From assembly GCA_002328485.1 (NCBI GenBank), contig DCUF01000082.1, positions 14,533-78,532 on the forward strand: a stretch of DNA of 64,000 nt, written 5' to 3'. The notes beneath the pieces are model-generated. The model made no database searches and was not told the origin of the DNA. It saw only the letters and a list, made by a program, of their open reading frames with translations. The position numbers were made by a program, and so were the translations under genes. Origin of the DNA: Deltaproteobacteria bacterium UBA2221 (GTDB lineage: Bacteria; Desulfobacterota; Syntrophorhabdia; Syntrophorhabdales; WCHB1-27). Positions 1 to 8,733 of this stretch are shown here, piece after piece. Numbering within the stretch: the stretch's first letter is position 1; the number at the start of each line of letters is the position of its first letter.

Positions 1-729
1 CGTATAGATCTCATCTTCGGCATTCTCGCGCCCCAAGGCCTTATCGACAGATCCGAGGATCTCGGCAACGTTCTCGGCGAAGACGGGGGCTTCAACGGTA
101 AGAGGGGTAACCTCAGCTACCCCTGGAATCGTCTTGATCTCCTTTTCTATGAGGGCGGCAACCTTCTCGGATGTTTCGCTTTGGACGAGGACGATGAGAT
201 CACAGTCTCCCCTCACGGCATCGCAGTAGACGGTACTTTCGGAGAAGTAGAGCCTCCGGTAGACCTCCATAAGGTTTGCATCTGGTGTAAGGGTTATCAT
301 GGCATAGGCGCTGAAGGCCTGAGCGGGTGTCGGCTCTGCCGCCTCAGATTCCACTGCCTTTGCCTCGGGGATCTCTTGGAGCAATTTTGCAAGATCGTCC
401 ATGTCGAAGGGTTTTTCGAGATAACCATCGGCTGCCTTTGCCTCCTGAGCAATCTGGTCGTTGCCATGTCCTGTGATGATGACGACGGGTAGGCCGGGGT
501 AGTTGAACCTGATGACCTTCAGAAGTTTGAGCCCGTCTATGTCCGGAAGACGGATATCGACAATAGCGCAGTCAAGAGGAACGTTCTGTTTCTTGTAGGT
601 CTCCAGGGCCTGCAAACCCCTCATACCATTCTCACAGAGTTCCGCATCGTATCCACGCTGCATGAGTCCATAACCGACCGTCCGTCTAAGGGAGGCCTCG
701 TCGTCAATCAATAAAACCTTCTTTTCCAT
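1..729 (-). CDS. Response regulator: CheY-like receiver fused to an Lrp/AsnC-type (RAM) ligand-binding domain, no HTH seen; 3' end runs off the window
   Basis: The ORF is missing from the track because it is open at the window edge. ATG is at 729-727 with GGAG a few nt upstream. The translation MEKKVLLIDDEASLRRTV...CAIVDIRLPDIDGLKLLKVIR...VVIITGHG shows the receiver pattern. It is followed by VRGDCDLIVLVQSETSEKVAALIEKEIKTIPGVAEVTPLTV, an AsnC C-terminal pattern. The frame stays open to base 1. Confidence 0.7.
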   Translation of the reverse strand, partial: MEKKVLLIDDEASLRRTVGYGLMQRGYDAELCENGMRGLQALETYKKQNVPLDCAIVDIRLPDIDGLKLLKVIRFNYPGLPVVIITGHGNDQIAQEAKAADGYLEKPFDMDDLAKLLQEIPEAKAVESEAAEPTPAQAFSAYAMITLTPDANLMEVYRRLYFSESTVYCDAVRGDCDLIVLVQSETSEKVAALIEKEIKTIPGVAEVTPLTVEAPVFAENVAEILGSVDKALGRENAEDEIYT

Positions 730-1203
730 GTCTCATCTCCTTCTGGGATGTTTGTCGTTCTCTCTCATGCCTTCCCCTTGAGCAATGGCCATGCCATAGA
801 AAAAGATATAGTAGTAACGGTATGTTACGAACGAGATATGGGTTCCTTCAGGCCGCCAAAAGTGATAAGCACCCATGAGAAACCGTGCCAATGCTAATGA
901 TATTAATTGGTTACCGAGATGATAGAATATTTTACCCTTTTCACTTTGTCGACAAACAGGCTAACATGGTGGAATAACACCATTATCATGGTGTATAAGA
1001 AATTGATGGATAGTTTCTTTGCGTGAGGGTGGTTGGTGGCGTAGGACTCCATCAGCTCTTCTGAAAAAGGTTCGTCAGACCCTAGACGGGTAAGGCGTGT
1101 CGAGCCGTCGCTTTGCAGTCGGCGGGTGATCCGGCAAGCCCCAGAATTGGTGGAATGAGCGGTAATTGGCGGAGGACGATCTATACCGAAGGATTCGGCG
1201 GCC

Positions 1204-1668
1204 CTAACCTACCTGGATGATCTCGTACGTTCTTTCGCCCCCAGGCGCCGAAAAGGTCACTTCATCACCGATGTTTTTGCCTAAAAGCGCTTTGCCTAAT
1301 GGGGATGTGATGGAGATCGTCTTTTTTTGAATATCCGATTCGTAGGGACCGACGACCGTGTAACTTACTTCCTCGTCGGTATCGAGATTGCGTAGGAATA
1401 CGGTACCGCCGAACTCAACGGTGCCGTTGCCGCTCTTTTTCACGTCCACAATCTCGCTATTGGCGATCATCTCCTCAATTTCCCCCATCTTTTTCTGGAG
1501 AAACTGGTATTCTTCCTTTGCCGCATCGTACTCGGCGTTCTCCGATATATCTCCGTGGGCTCTAGCCTCTTCAATGGCTGTCAGGATCTTGGGCCTCTTA
1601 GTGTTTCGGAGATACTCTAACTCTTTCTTGAGGTTATCATGCCCGTCACGGGTTATGGGGTACTTCAT
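1204..1668 (-). CDS. greA: Transcription elongation factor GreA
   Basis: 154 aa. MKYPITRDGHDNLKKELEYLR...HGDISENAEYDAAKEE shows the typical GreA coiled-coil and C-terminal domain. Confidence 0.95.
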   Translation of the reverse strand: MKYPITRDGHDNLKKELEYLRNTKRPKILTAIEEARAHGDISENAEYDAAKEEYQFLQKKMGEIEEMIANSEIVDVKKSGNGTVEFGGTVFLRNLDTDEEVSYTVVGPYESDIQKKTISITSPLGKALLGKNIGDEVTFSAPGGERTYEIIQVG

Positions 1669-1985
1669 CGCTGCTCCAAAAGATCGATAAGACGCTGTTG
1701 AAAGTACATTTTTTAATATATTTCTCGGAATTTTTCAAGTTGTTTCAATTATTGGGGCCTGCGTCGCCCCCTCCCGTAGCAAAAGCTGCCGGAGCCTCCC
1801 CTTCATAAAAAGGAAGAGACGGTGGCGAAAAGAGACCGTGGAACCCGCGTTCCCTGAACGATAGAGGTGCGAATAGGGATATAGGAAAATTGGAAAATGG
1901 GATAGCGAACAGGGGGGAAGAATTTTGTGTGCAAATGTTTCCTGCCCCTTTCACTGTGTTGCGATTTTGCAGATCGGGATGATTC

Positions 1986-3326
1986 TCAGGATTGTCTGGC
2001 CTTGTAATCTTCGTAGCTGAAGGTTTTTACGGTCTCCAATCCCCCCGTTTCCTTCATGACTGCGATGTCCGGCAGGCCCATGCCGTTGAAGGTGGTGTTC
2101 TTGACGATGCTATAGAGGCCCATGTCAGTGAAAACAACCTTGTCTCCCCTCTGGAGGGGCCTATCGAAGGAATAGTCTCCCATGACGTCCCCTGCGAGGC
2201 AACTCGGGCCGGCAAGCCGGTAGCTGTATTTCTTCTCATCCGGTTGGCCTGAGCCCATGACGTACGGCCGGTAGGGCATGAGCAATACGTCGGGCATATG
2301 GGCTTCTGCGGATGCATCGAGTATGGCTATCAGCGTCTCGTTTTCAACGATGTCGAGAACCGAGGCGATGAGGAACCCGGCATTGTAGACGCTCGCCTCA
2401 CCCGGCTCCAGATACACCTGCAGACCATACTTGTTCTTGAAATTATTGATGACTTTCACGAGGCGCTCCACATCGTAATCGTCTCGCGTTATGTGATGAC
2501 CGCCACCAAAATTGACCCACTTAAGTCCTTCAAGGTAGGGGCCATAGAGACCCTCGAATGAACCCAGCACCCGTTCCAGCACGTCGGCATTCTGTTCGCA
2601 CAGGGCATGAAAATGAAGGCCGTCAACGAGAGCACCGTATCTCTTGAACCCCTTAGAAAACGCAGAGACGGTGATGCCCAGTCTGGAGCAGGGCGCACAG
2701 GGATCATATGCCTTTGTCGCAACCTCGGAATGGCCGGGGTTGACCCTCAGGCCTACCTGCACCCGGGCATCCCTTACCATCTGCCCGTATTCCTCAAGCT
2801 GATGGAAAGAGTTGAATATGATCACATCGGAATACCCCAGAATGTGTCCAACCTCGTCTTCCTTATATGCGGCCGCGAAGGCGTGCACCTCCTTTTTGAA
2901 CTCCTCTCGGCCAAGCCTGGCCTCGTGAAGGCCGCTTGCGCACGTTCCATCCAGGTATCCGCTCATAAGCGGGAAGAGGGCAAAGGAAGCGAACGCCTTG
3001 AGGGCATGGAGAATCTTGCAGCCCGTTCGGTCCTTTACGTACCGCATCATCCCCATGTTTTCCCTGATCAGCCTTTCATTGAGGAGGTAGACGGGCGTCC
3101 TTATGTGGTGGGCCGACATGGCCTCAACTCTGCAAAATTCTGAGTGAAAGATCTTGTGCTTCGACGCCTGGAGGAGACGGGTCAGAGAAAGTAATGCCTT
3201 GCTGTCAAGCCCATCGAGCACGTCTTTTCTCTGTTCATCCGTCAAGGATTGGTACGCAGTGGCCGTATTCGAACCCCCCTTCGAAATCACTCGGATCGTA
3301 TTCTTGACCTTTCCATCAGTAACCAT
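1986..3326 (-). CDS. nspC: Carboxynorspermidine/carboxyspermidine decarboxylase (PLP, NspC family) with an N-terminal extension of about 70 aa
   Basis: TPVYLLNERLIRENM...ILHALKAFASFALFPLM...LDGTCASGLHEARLGREEF is NspC-like. The start at 3326 lies 9 nt after the upstream stop. A canonical-length start would be ATG 3119 (MSAHHIRTPVY), but it has a poor RBS. Confidence 0.85.
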   Translation of the reverse strand: MVTDGKVKNTIRVISKGGSNTATAYQSLTDEQRKDVLDGLDSKALLSLTRLLQASKHKIFHSEFCRVEAMSAHHIRTPVYLLNERLIRENMGMMRYVKDRTGCKILHALKAFASFALFPLMSGYLDGTCASGLHEARLGREEFKKEVHAFAAAYKEDEVGHILGYSDVIIFNSFHQLEEYGQMVRDARVQVGLRVNPGHSEVATKAYDPCAPCSRLGITVSAFSKGFKRYGALVDGLHFHALCEQNADVLERVLGSFEGLYGPYLEGLKWVNFGGGHHITRDDYDVERLVKVINNFKNKYGLQVYLEPGEASVYNAGFLIASVLDIVENETLIAILDASAEAHMPDVLLMPYRPYVMGSGQPDEKKYSYRLAGPSCLAGDVMGDYSFDRPLQRGDKVVFTDMGLYSIVKNTTFNGMGLPDIAVMKETGGLETVKTFSYEDYKARQS

Positions 3327-3335
3327 GCCCTGATT

Positions 3336-4574
3336 TCACACGGTTGCCGGGAGGGGTTCGTGGTCGACGATGTGCCACGGGAGGCCGTACTGGTTGAGAG
3401 CCTCCATAAAAAGATCCGGATCGAGCTGCTCAAGATTGTAAACGCCCTCGCCCTGCCAGGCGCCCTTGAGCATCATCATTGCCCCTATCATGGCCGGGAC
3501 GCCTGTCGTGTATGCGATTGCCTGGGTCCCGGTCTCGCGGAAAGCCTCTTCATGGTCGCATACATTATAGATATACTTGGTGGTGCTCTTGCCTTCTTTG
3601 ATCCCCGTCATGATGTTGCCGATGACCGTCTTGCCCGTATACCCTGTTCCCAGCGAGGTCGGTTCCGGCAAGAGTGCCTTAAGGAACTTTATGGGCACTA
3701 CCTTACACCCCTCGTAATCTACCTCATCTATCCTTGTCATGCCCACGTTATTGAGCACTTTTAGGTGGGTGAGATAGTTTTCGGAAAAGGTCATCCAGAA
3801 TCTTGCCCTCTTCAGCCCTCTTGTGTTGAGGGCGAGGGACTCCAATTCTTCGTGATAGAGCAGATAGCTTTCTTTCGGGCCCGCTACGGGATAGTCGAAG
3901 GTGAAGTGGATGCTGCCTTCCTCTATGATGGCAGGGGTTTCGATCCACTTCCCTTCTTGCCAATGCCGGACCACCTGTGTCACCTCGCGGATGTTGATCT
4001 CGGGGTTAAAATTGGTGGCAAAGGCATGACCGTGTGAGCCTGCATTGCAGTCCAGAACGTCAAGATAATGGATCTCATCGAATAGATGTTTTTGAGCGTA
4101 GGCGGTGAACACGTTGGTAACCCCCGGGTCGAAACCCGAACCGAGAACTGCCATGATGCCCCTCTGCTTGAACTTTTCCTGGTACGCCCATTGCCAGCTA
4201 TACTCAAAATGGGCCTCGTCCAACGGCTCATAGTTTGCCGTGTCGATGTAGTCGACCCCCGTTTCAAGACAGGCGTCCATGATGTGGAGATCCTGATAGG
4301 GAAGGGCCAGATTGAGAATAAGGTCAGGCCTGAAGGTATTTATGAGATTGACGAGCTCGGGGGTGTTGTCGGCATCCACCTGGCCCGTCTGGATGTCTCT
4401 GCCGTATCGCAGACCAATGTCCCTCTTTATGGCCTCACATTTGGACAAGGTCCTGCTGGCTACCATTATTTCCTTGAAGGTCTCAGGTGCTTGGGCGCAC
4501 TTGTGGGCTGCCACGGTGGCCACCCCGCCTGCGCCAATGATCAATATTCTTCCGTTATTCTTTGCTTTCTCCAT
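3336..4574 (-). CDS. Carboxynorspermidine/carboxyspermidine dehydrogenase (saccharopine dehydrogenase family)
   Basis: 412 aa with an N-terminal Rossmann motif RILIIGAGGVATVAAHK. The length and downstream nspC partner are typical. GAGGAA RBS is present. Confidence 0.85.
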   Translation of the reverse strand: MEKAKNNGRILIIGAGGVATVAAHKCAQAPETFKEIMVASRTLSKCEAIKRDIGLRYGRDIQTGQVDADNTPELVNLINTFRPDLILNLALPYQDLHIMDACLETGVDYIDTANYEPLDEAHFEYSWQWAYQEKFKQRGIMAVLGSGFDPGVTNVFTAYAQKHLFDEIHYLDVLDCNAGSHGHAFATNFNPEINIREVTQVVRHWQEGKWIETPAIIEEGSIHFTFDYPVAGPKESYLLYHEELESLALNTRGLKRARFWMTFSENYLTHLKVLNNVGMTRIDEVDYEGCKVVPIKFLKALLPEPTSLGTGYTGKTVIGNIMTGIKEGKSTTKYIYNVCDHEEAFRETGTQAIAYTTGVPAMIGAMMMLKGAWQGEGVYNLEQLDPDLFMEALNQYGLPWHIVDHEPLPATV

Positions 4575-4705
4575 GGAGGTTCCTCTTTAAGAAATATGAC
4601 ACTTTTGTCGTTCCCTATCTGCTCAGACCATAAGACTATTATGGAGCACGACAGGATCTTTGGCTGCTAGCACGACCGAGAGATCCTGCCGACGTCGTTT
4701 TGTGC

Positions 4706-5533
4706 TCACGAATCAAGGAGCATCAGGACCTCTCTTGCCACCTTCGCAGCGCAGATGGAGGAAACGAAAGTGGCGTCGTAGTCGGGGGCCAGCTCCACAA
4801 TGTCCGCACCCACAATGTTTGCGCCTACCAAGACGGAAAAGAATTCCATTACGTCTTGAAACATCAACCCTCCAGGTTCAGGGGTGGTAACGCCGGCAGC
4901 CAGAGACGGGTCAAAGACGTCTAGATCAAAGGTGAGATAGACGGGCATATCAGGGATAAGGCGATCCCGAAGCGAGGCCGGAGAGTACACGGCACGGAGT
5001 TCGTCGAATTCCTGTCTCGTGCCGGATCTTATCCCTATTTGATGGATTTCCGCCATCCCCAAATCCTTAACTCGCCTTATGGCGGTCGCGTGGGAGAGCT
5101 TTTGTCCCTCATATTCGTCCCTTAAATCACAGTGGGCATCGAAATGGATCAACTGGAGAACCGGAAAGGTTTTTTTCATACCTTTCAAGATGGGATACGT
5201 TATGAGGTGCTCTCCTCCCAATATCAGGGTCTTCTTCCCTTGTTCTGTCGCCTCCGATACGGCATCCTCGATGAGATTCAGTGCAAGGGATAGATCACCG
5301 GCAGGAATCTCGAGGTTGCCCGAATCATAGAAGGCGATGTCTTCCAGATCCTTCTTGAGATAGGGGCTGTAGGTTTCAAGCGTCCAGGAGGCCCTTCTGA
5401 TGCTGTCGGGAGCAAATTTTGTCCCCCCTCTAAATGAAGAGGTGGCGTCCAGGGGACAACCGAGGATTGTTACCGCCGTGTTCCTCTCATCGGCCGTGGA
5501 ACCTATAAATGTTGTATTGAATGACCCTTTCAT
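4706..5533 (-). CDS. speB: Agmatinase (ureohydrolase family)
   Basis: ILGCPLDATSSFRGGTKFAPDSIR...HFDAHCDLR...GGEH...DLDVFDP are arginase-fold Mn-site motifs. The ORF-track start is 5563. ATG 5533 (MKGSFNTT) is preferred because it has an AAGG 7 nt upstream and gives a canonical N-terminus. Confidence 0.85.
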   Translation of the reverse strand: MKGSFNTTFIGSTADERNTAVTILGCPLDATSSFRGGTKFAPDSIRRASWTLETYSPYLKKDLEDIAFYDSGNLEIPAGDLSLALNLIEDAVSEATEQGKKTLILGGEHLITYPILKGMKKTFPVLQLIHFDAHCDLRDEYEGQKLSHATAIRRVKDLGMAEIHQIGIRSGTRQEFDELRAVYSPASLRDRLIPDMPVYLTFDLDVFDPSLAAGVTTPEPGGLMFQDVMEFFSVLVGANIVGADIVELAPDYDATFVSSICAAKVAREVLMLLDS

Positions 5534-5590
5534 ATTACAGCCTTTCATATGACAGAAGCGCATCAGGATAGGATCCGCTTAAATGGAGGC

Positions 5591-6064
5591 CTATTCCCAA
5601 AGGACTACCCCGGCGAAAACCGCACCTATAGTACCCACCTTATGTGAGGTTGAAATAGACAGTATCTCTTTTATTGCCCGGTTTCTGATCTCCATGCCTT
5701 TTTCCACCATCTTCTTGACCTGCCCCACCACAATGCCCTCTTCGGTTCGGGCAGCGTATTCCATAATCAGCCCTGCACGGTTTTCATCTTTGGGTATTCC
5801 TATGGCCACTGCTGCGGATAGCACCTCGCCAGAGACATCGCTCCACAGGGACGCGTAAGCGACGGGTACGAGAGCGCCCTGGGGCATGGGAACTGGTGGC
5901 GCAACAATCTCCTTGCAGCCCGGCGGAAGAATGCTGCTCATCTTAACCAGATTGGTATCGCCGACGCCTGACGCCAAGAGGGCGCCGTCAAAAGCGTTCA
6001 ACAGCGAAAATCCTTCGGCCGAACCGCTCGCAAGAAAGAACCTTGTCGGTGTTTTGATAACCAT
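5591..6064 (-). CDS. pdaD: Pyruvoyl-dependent arginine decarboxylase
   Basis: PTRFFLASGSAEGFSLLNAFDGALLASGVGDTNLVKMSSILPPG matches the PvlArgDC family, including the SS self-cleavage region. ATG 6064 follows GGAGG with a spacer of about 8 nt. The track start 6121 lacks an RBS. Confidence 0.85.
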   Translation of the reverse strand: MVIKTPTRFFLASGSAEGFSLLNAFDGALLASGVGDTNLVKMSSILPPGCKEIVAPPVPMPQGALVPVAYASLWSDVSGEVLSAAVAIGIPKDENRAGLIMEYAARTEEGIVVGQVKKMVEKGMEIRNRAIKEILSISTSHKVGTIGAVFAGVVLWE

Positions 6065-6194
6065 TTGGACCACCTCCCAAACTGGAAAATCCGCCTTCCT
6101 GTCTGTTTCTCGGTTCCCCAAAAAGATTGACCTTGGTCTACGCTCGTGGTTACACCCTTGTTTTGAGTCTGTCTCCCCACAACCACCACGGGGA

Positions 6195-6746
6195 CTAAAA
6201 ATTCGGAGGAGAGGACACCCACAAAATCAATGCCCTCGTCTTTCCCTTGTTAGCGATGTAATGGCCCTTGGAAGCCCTAAAATAGAAGCAGTCGCCTTTT
6301 CTGAGCTTATAACTCTTTCCTCCAAGGGAAAGCTCTATGCCCCCGGCCACCACAAACCCAAACTCTTCCCCCTCGTGAGGTGACTCTTCCTCTGTGTTCT
6401 GCCCCCCGTCAAGGACCAGGAGGGCGGGATCCATCATACGATTCTGTGCCGCAGGCACGAGTATCTGAAAGCCCGCAACATGCTCACGCTCCAGCTCGAC
6501 CCTGTCGTTTGGCCTAAAGACGATCTTCTCGTCAAAAGCCTCATCGAAAAAAGTGGAGGCCTTCTGGTCGAGGGCGTCCAGTATACCAATCAGGCTTTCA
6601 ACGGAAAGGGAGGTGAGATTCCGCTCAACTTGCGAGATGAAACCCTTTGTAAGGCTGGCCCTGGACGCAAGTTCTTCCTGAGTCAGAGACTTTGCTTGTC
6701 TCAGCATCCTGATGCGGTCCCCTATGCTCGATCCATTGATTTTCAT
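6195..6746 (-). CDS. XRE-family HTH plus cupin-domain transcriptional regulator (PuuR-like architecture)
   Basis: The N-terminal HTH is IGDRIRMLRQAKSLTQEELASRASLTKGFISQVERN. The C-terminal cupin is GEEFGFVVAGGIELSLGGKSYKLRKGDCFYF. Confidence 0.8.
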   Translation of the reverse strand: MKINGSSIGDRIRMLRQAKSLTQEELASRASLTKGFISQVERNLTSLSVESLIGILDALDQKASTFFDEAFDEKIVFRPNDRVELEREHVAGFQILVPAAQNRMMDPALLVLDGGQNTEEESPHEGEEFGFVVAGGIELSLGGKSYKLRKGDCFYFRASKGHYIANKGKTRALILWVSSPPNF

Positions 6747-6771
6747 TCACTAACAGTAAACAACTACAAAA

Positions 6772-6833
6772 AGTTTATTTAATTAAACTAATCTATCCGG
6801 CTTGTCGTGTCAAGTAAAGTTTTATTTAACTTT
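6772..6833. promoter_or_regulatory. Two related AT-rich palindromes (candidate operators) in the divergent regulator/TPP-enzyme intergenic region
   Basis: AGTTTAtttaatTAAACT lies at 6772-6789 and AAAGTTttatttAACTTT at 6816-6833. Both contain AAGTTT(T)ATTTAA. Confidence 0.35.
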
Positions 6834-6843
6834 TAGATGCACT

Positions 6844-8460
6844 ATGTTAAAGTCAACTCGAAGCGGCAAAATGCTTGGAAAAGAAGCAATTATAGAGTTT
6901 TTTAGGCAGAAGAAGATAGCCCATATCTTTCATCTACCGGGGATACACACGCTTCCATTGAACCAAGGCCTAGAAAGAAGCGGTATCACTGTTTTTCTCG
7001 GCAGGCATGAGTCAAATTGCGCCTTCATGGCTGATGGATACGCGCGGGTTTCAGGAAGGATCGGGGTCGTTGTGGTGACACCCGGTCCGGGTTTGGGCAA
7101 TGTGGTTGCCCCCTGTATGGAGGCGTACGGAGATGGTGTGCCCCTTCTCATCCTGCACATCGATTCAGATCCGAGAAGGTGGGGGAGGGGTGTACTCCAT
7201 GAGATTGTGGATTCGGAATCGATTTTCACACCTTTCACGAAGGCTACGCTCTCGGTGAGAAGAGCCGGTGATTTGCCGCCTCTTCTGGAGAAGGCCTACA
7301 CCACAGCAACCACGGAAAGGTGTGGGCCTGTCGTGATCTCTGTCCCTCATACCCTTCTTGAAAAGCAGATACCCGTGAATTTGCCTGAAATTGTCGCCGG
7401 AGAAACGCTGCCTGAAGTTCCGATTCATGACTCCTCAGGGTTGAAAAAGGCGTTGCAGGGGAAGAGCCGACCGGTTATTATCGGCGGGCGGGCATTGCTG
7501 AGATCGGGATTGTCGCGACAGATTGAGAGTCTTTGTGGAGAAGCGTCTATTCCCCTCCTCACGACGACGTCGGGGAAGGGCCTGGTCTCTGAAGACCTGC
7601 CGTTTGTATTTGGCAATGTCATGGCCCCTGGAATCTCCAGGTCGATTCTGTCCCGAGCGGACGTGGTGATCGCCATGGGAACGAGGCTCAGAGAAACGGA
7701 TATCAAAACGCGAGGGGTGAAGATCGAGAGCCTCATACACATTGATGTCGATGATGGATGGATGGGCAGAAACCATCCCACTGATCTGAAGATAGCATGC
7801 CCTGATTTGTCTTCGGTAATCGAGGATTTGGCCCAGATTTTCAAGAACAGAAAGTCCGAGTGGTCCCTGGAGGCGCTCAAGGTCGAGCAGGCAAAGGAGC
7901 ACGAGGATTTTCGAACGTCTCCCGGATACATCATCACGACCCTTCTCCGTTCCGTCATACCTGCAGGCGCTACCACGGTATGGGATCTGACCCTCATCTC
8001 ATACTGGGCGGAGTATTATTTCCCGGTGTGCAGAGGGGAATCCTTTGTCACGCCACGGGGCTCATCCCCCACCTTTTACGCTGTACCGGCCGCGATCGGG
8101 GCAACGATAGCGAGACCCGACCAGCCATGTCTGTGCGTCACGGGGGACGGTTCATGCCTCCCCGGTCTTTCGGAGTTGGCCACGGTGAAAAAATGCAATA
8201 TCCCCGTCGTCTTCCTTGTGTACAACAATAACAGCTACGGGGTGCTGGACGAGTACATGGCCAAACGCTGCGGTTTGGAAGGCGTCATGAACCTCTCCAA
8301 CCCCGATTTTGTGAAACTGGCTCAAGCCTTCAATATAAAGGCCCTGCGGACACAAACGATTGATGAACTCAGAAGAGTGCTTCGGGAAGAGATAACCTGG
8401 CAGGAGCCATTTGTCATCGAATTCGATTTTCCCATTCTTCCTCCGCCCTGGCGGATATGA
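6844..8460 (+). CDS. Thiamine-pyrophosphate-binding enzyme (acetolactate synthase large-subunit-like); substrate unknown
   Basis: HLPGIHTLPL...GYARVSGRIGVVVVTPGPGLGN is the TPP N-domain. GDGSCLPGLSELATVKKCNIPVVFLVYNNNSYG is the TPP-binding GDG..NN motif. The track start TTG 6802 overlaps the palindrome. ATG 6844 or 6871 is more likely. Confidence 0.8.
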   Translation: MLKSTRSGKMLGKEAIIEFFRQKKIAHIFHLPGIHTLPLNQGLERSGITVFLGRHESNCAFMADGYARVSGRIGVVVVTPGPGLGNVVAPCMEAYGDGVPLLILHIDSDPRRWGRGVLHEIVDSESIFTPFTKATLSVRRAGDLPPLLEKAYTTATTERCGPVVISVPHTLLEKQIPVNLPEIVAGETLPEVPIHDSSGLKKALQGKSRPVIIGGRALLRSGLSRQIESLCGEASIPLLTTTSGKGLVSEDLPFVFGNVMAPGISRSILSRADVVIAMGTRLRETDIKTRGVKIESLIHIDVDDGWMGRNHPTDLKIACPDLSSVIEDLAQIFKNRKSEWSLEALKVEQAKEHEDFRTSPGYIITTLLRSVIPAGATTVWDLTLISYWAEYYFPVCRGESFVTPRGSSPTFYAVPAAIGATIARPDQPCLCVTGDGSCLPGLSELATVKKCNIPVVFLVYNNNSYGVLDEYMAKRCGLEGVMNLSNPDFVKLAQAFNIKALRTQTIDELRRVLREEITWQEPFVIEFDFPILPPPWRI

Positions 8461-8696
8461 TTAGGGCCAAAGGCGCAAAATAGAGCAATAGAGAAATGGG
8501 AATAATGACTGCGATAAGTAAGGAGCGAGGAGATGGCCGCAAAGGTGTGAGATAGCGAAGCAGTTAAATGGCGAAATGGGATAAGCAAGACCCCGAGTAG
8601 TTTTTGGACAATCTACCATTTTTTCAATTTTCCCATTTGTGTCTCCGTCGTTCTGGAGGGGGCGACCGGGTAGCCGCCTTGCCGGTGCCCGAATAA

Positions 8697-8726
8697 TTGC
8701 AAAGAACCACGCGAATCGGATAAAAT
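8697..8726 (+). promoter_or_regulatory. Sigma70-like promoter for the IMPase gene, positioned for a leaderless transcript
   Basis: -35 is TTGCAA (8697-8702), followed by an 18-nt spacer and -10 TAAAAT (8721-8726). ATG 8734 begins 7 nt after the -10 and has no SD. Confidence 0.4.
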
Positions 8727-8733
8727 AACCGCA

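Noticed and set aside
874-892. Sigma54-like -24 box (TTGGCACGG on the minus strand) upstream of the response-regulator gene
   Set aside because: The -12 element is missing. The sequence reads TGGCACGGTTTCTCA, with no GC at the required spacing, so it does not fit TGGCAC-N5-TTGC.
1745-1954. 69-aa minus-strand ORF between nspC and greA
   Set aside because: It is Pro/Gly/Phe-rich with no RBS, and it coincides with the repeat blocks shared with the suhB upstream region, so it is likely non-coding.
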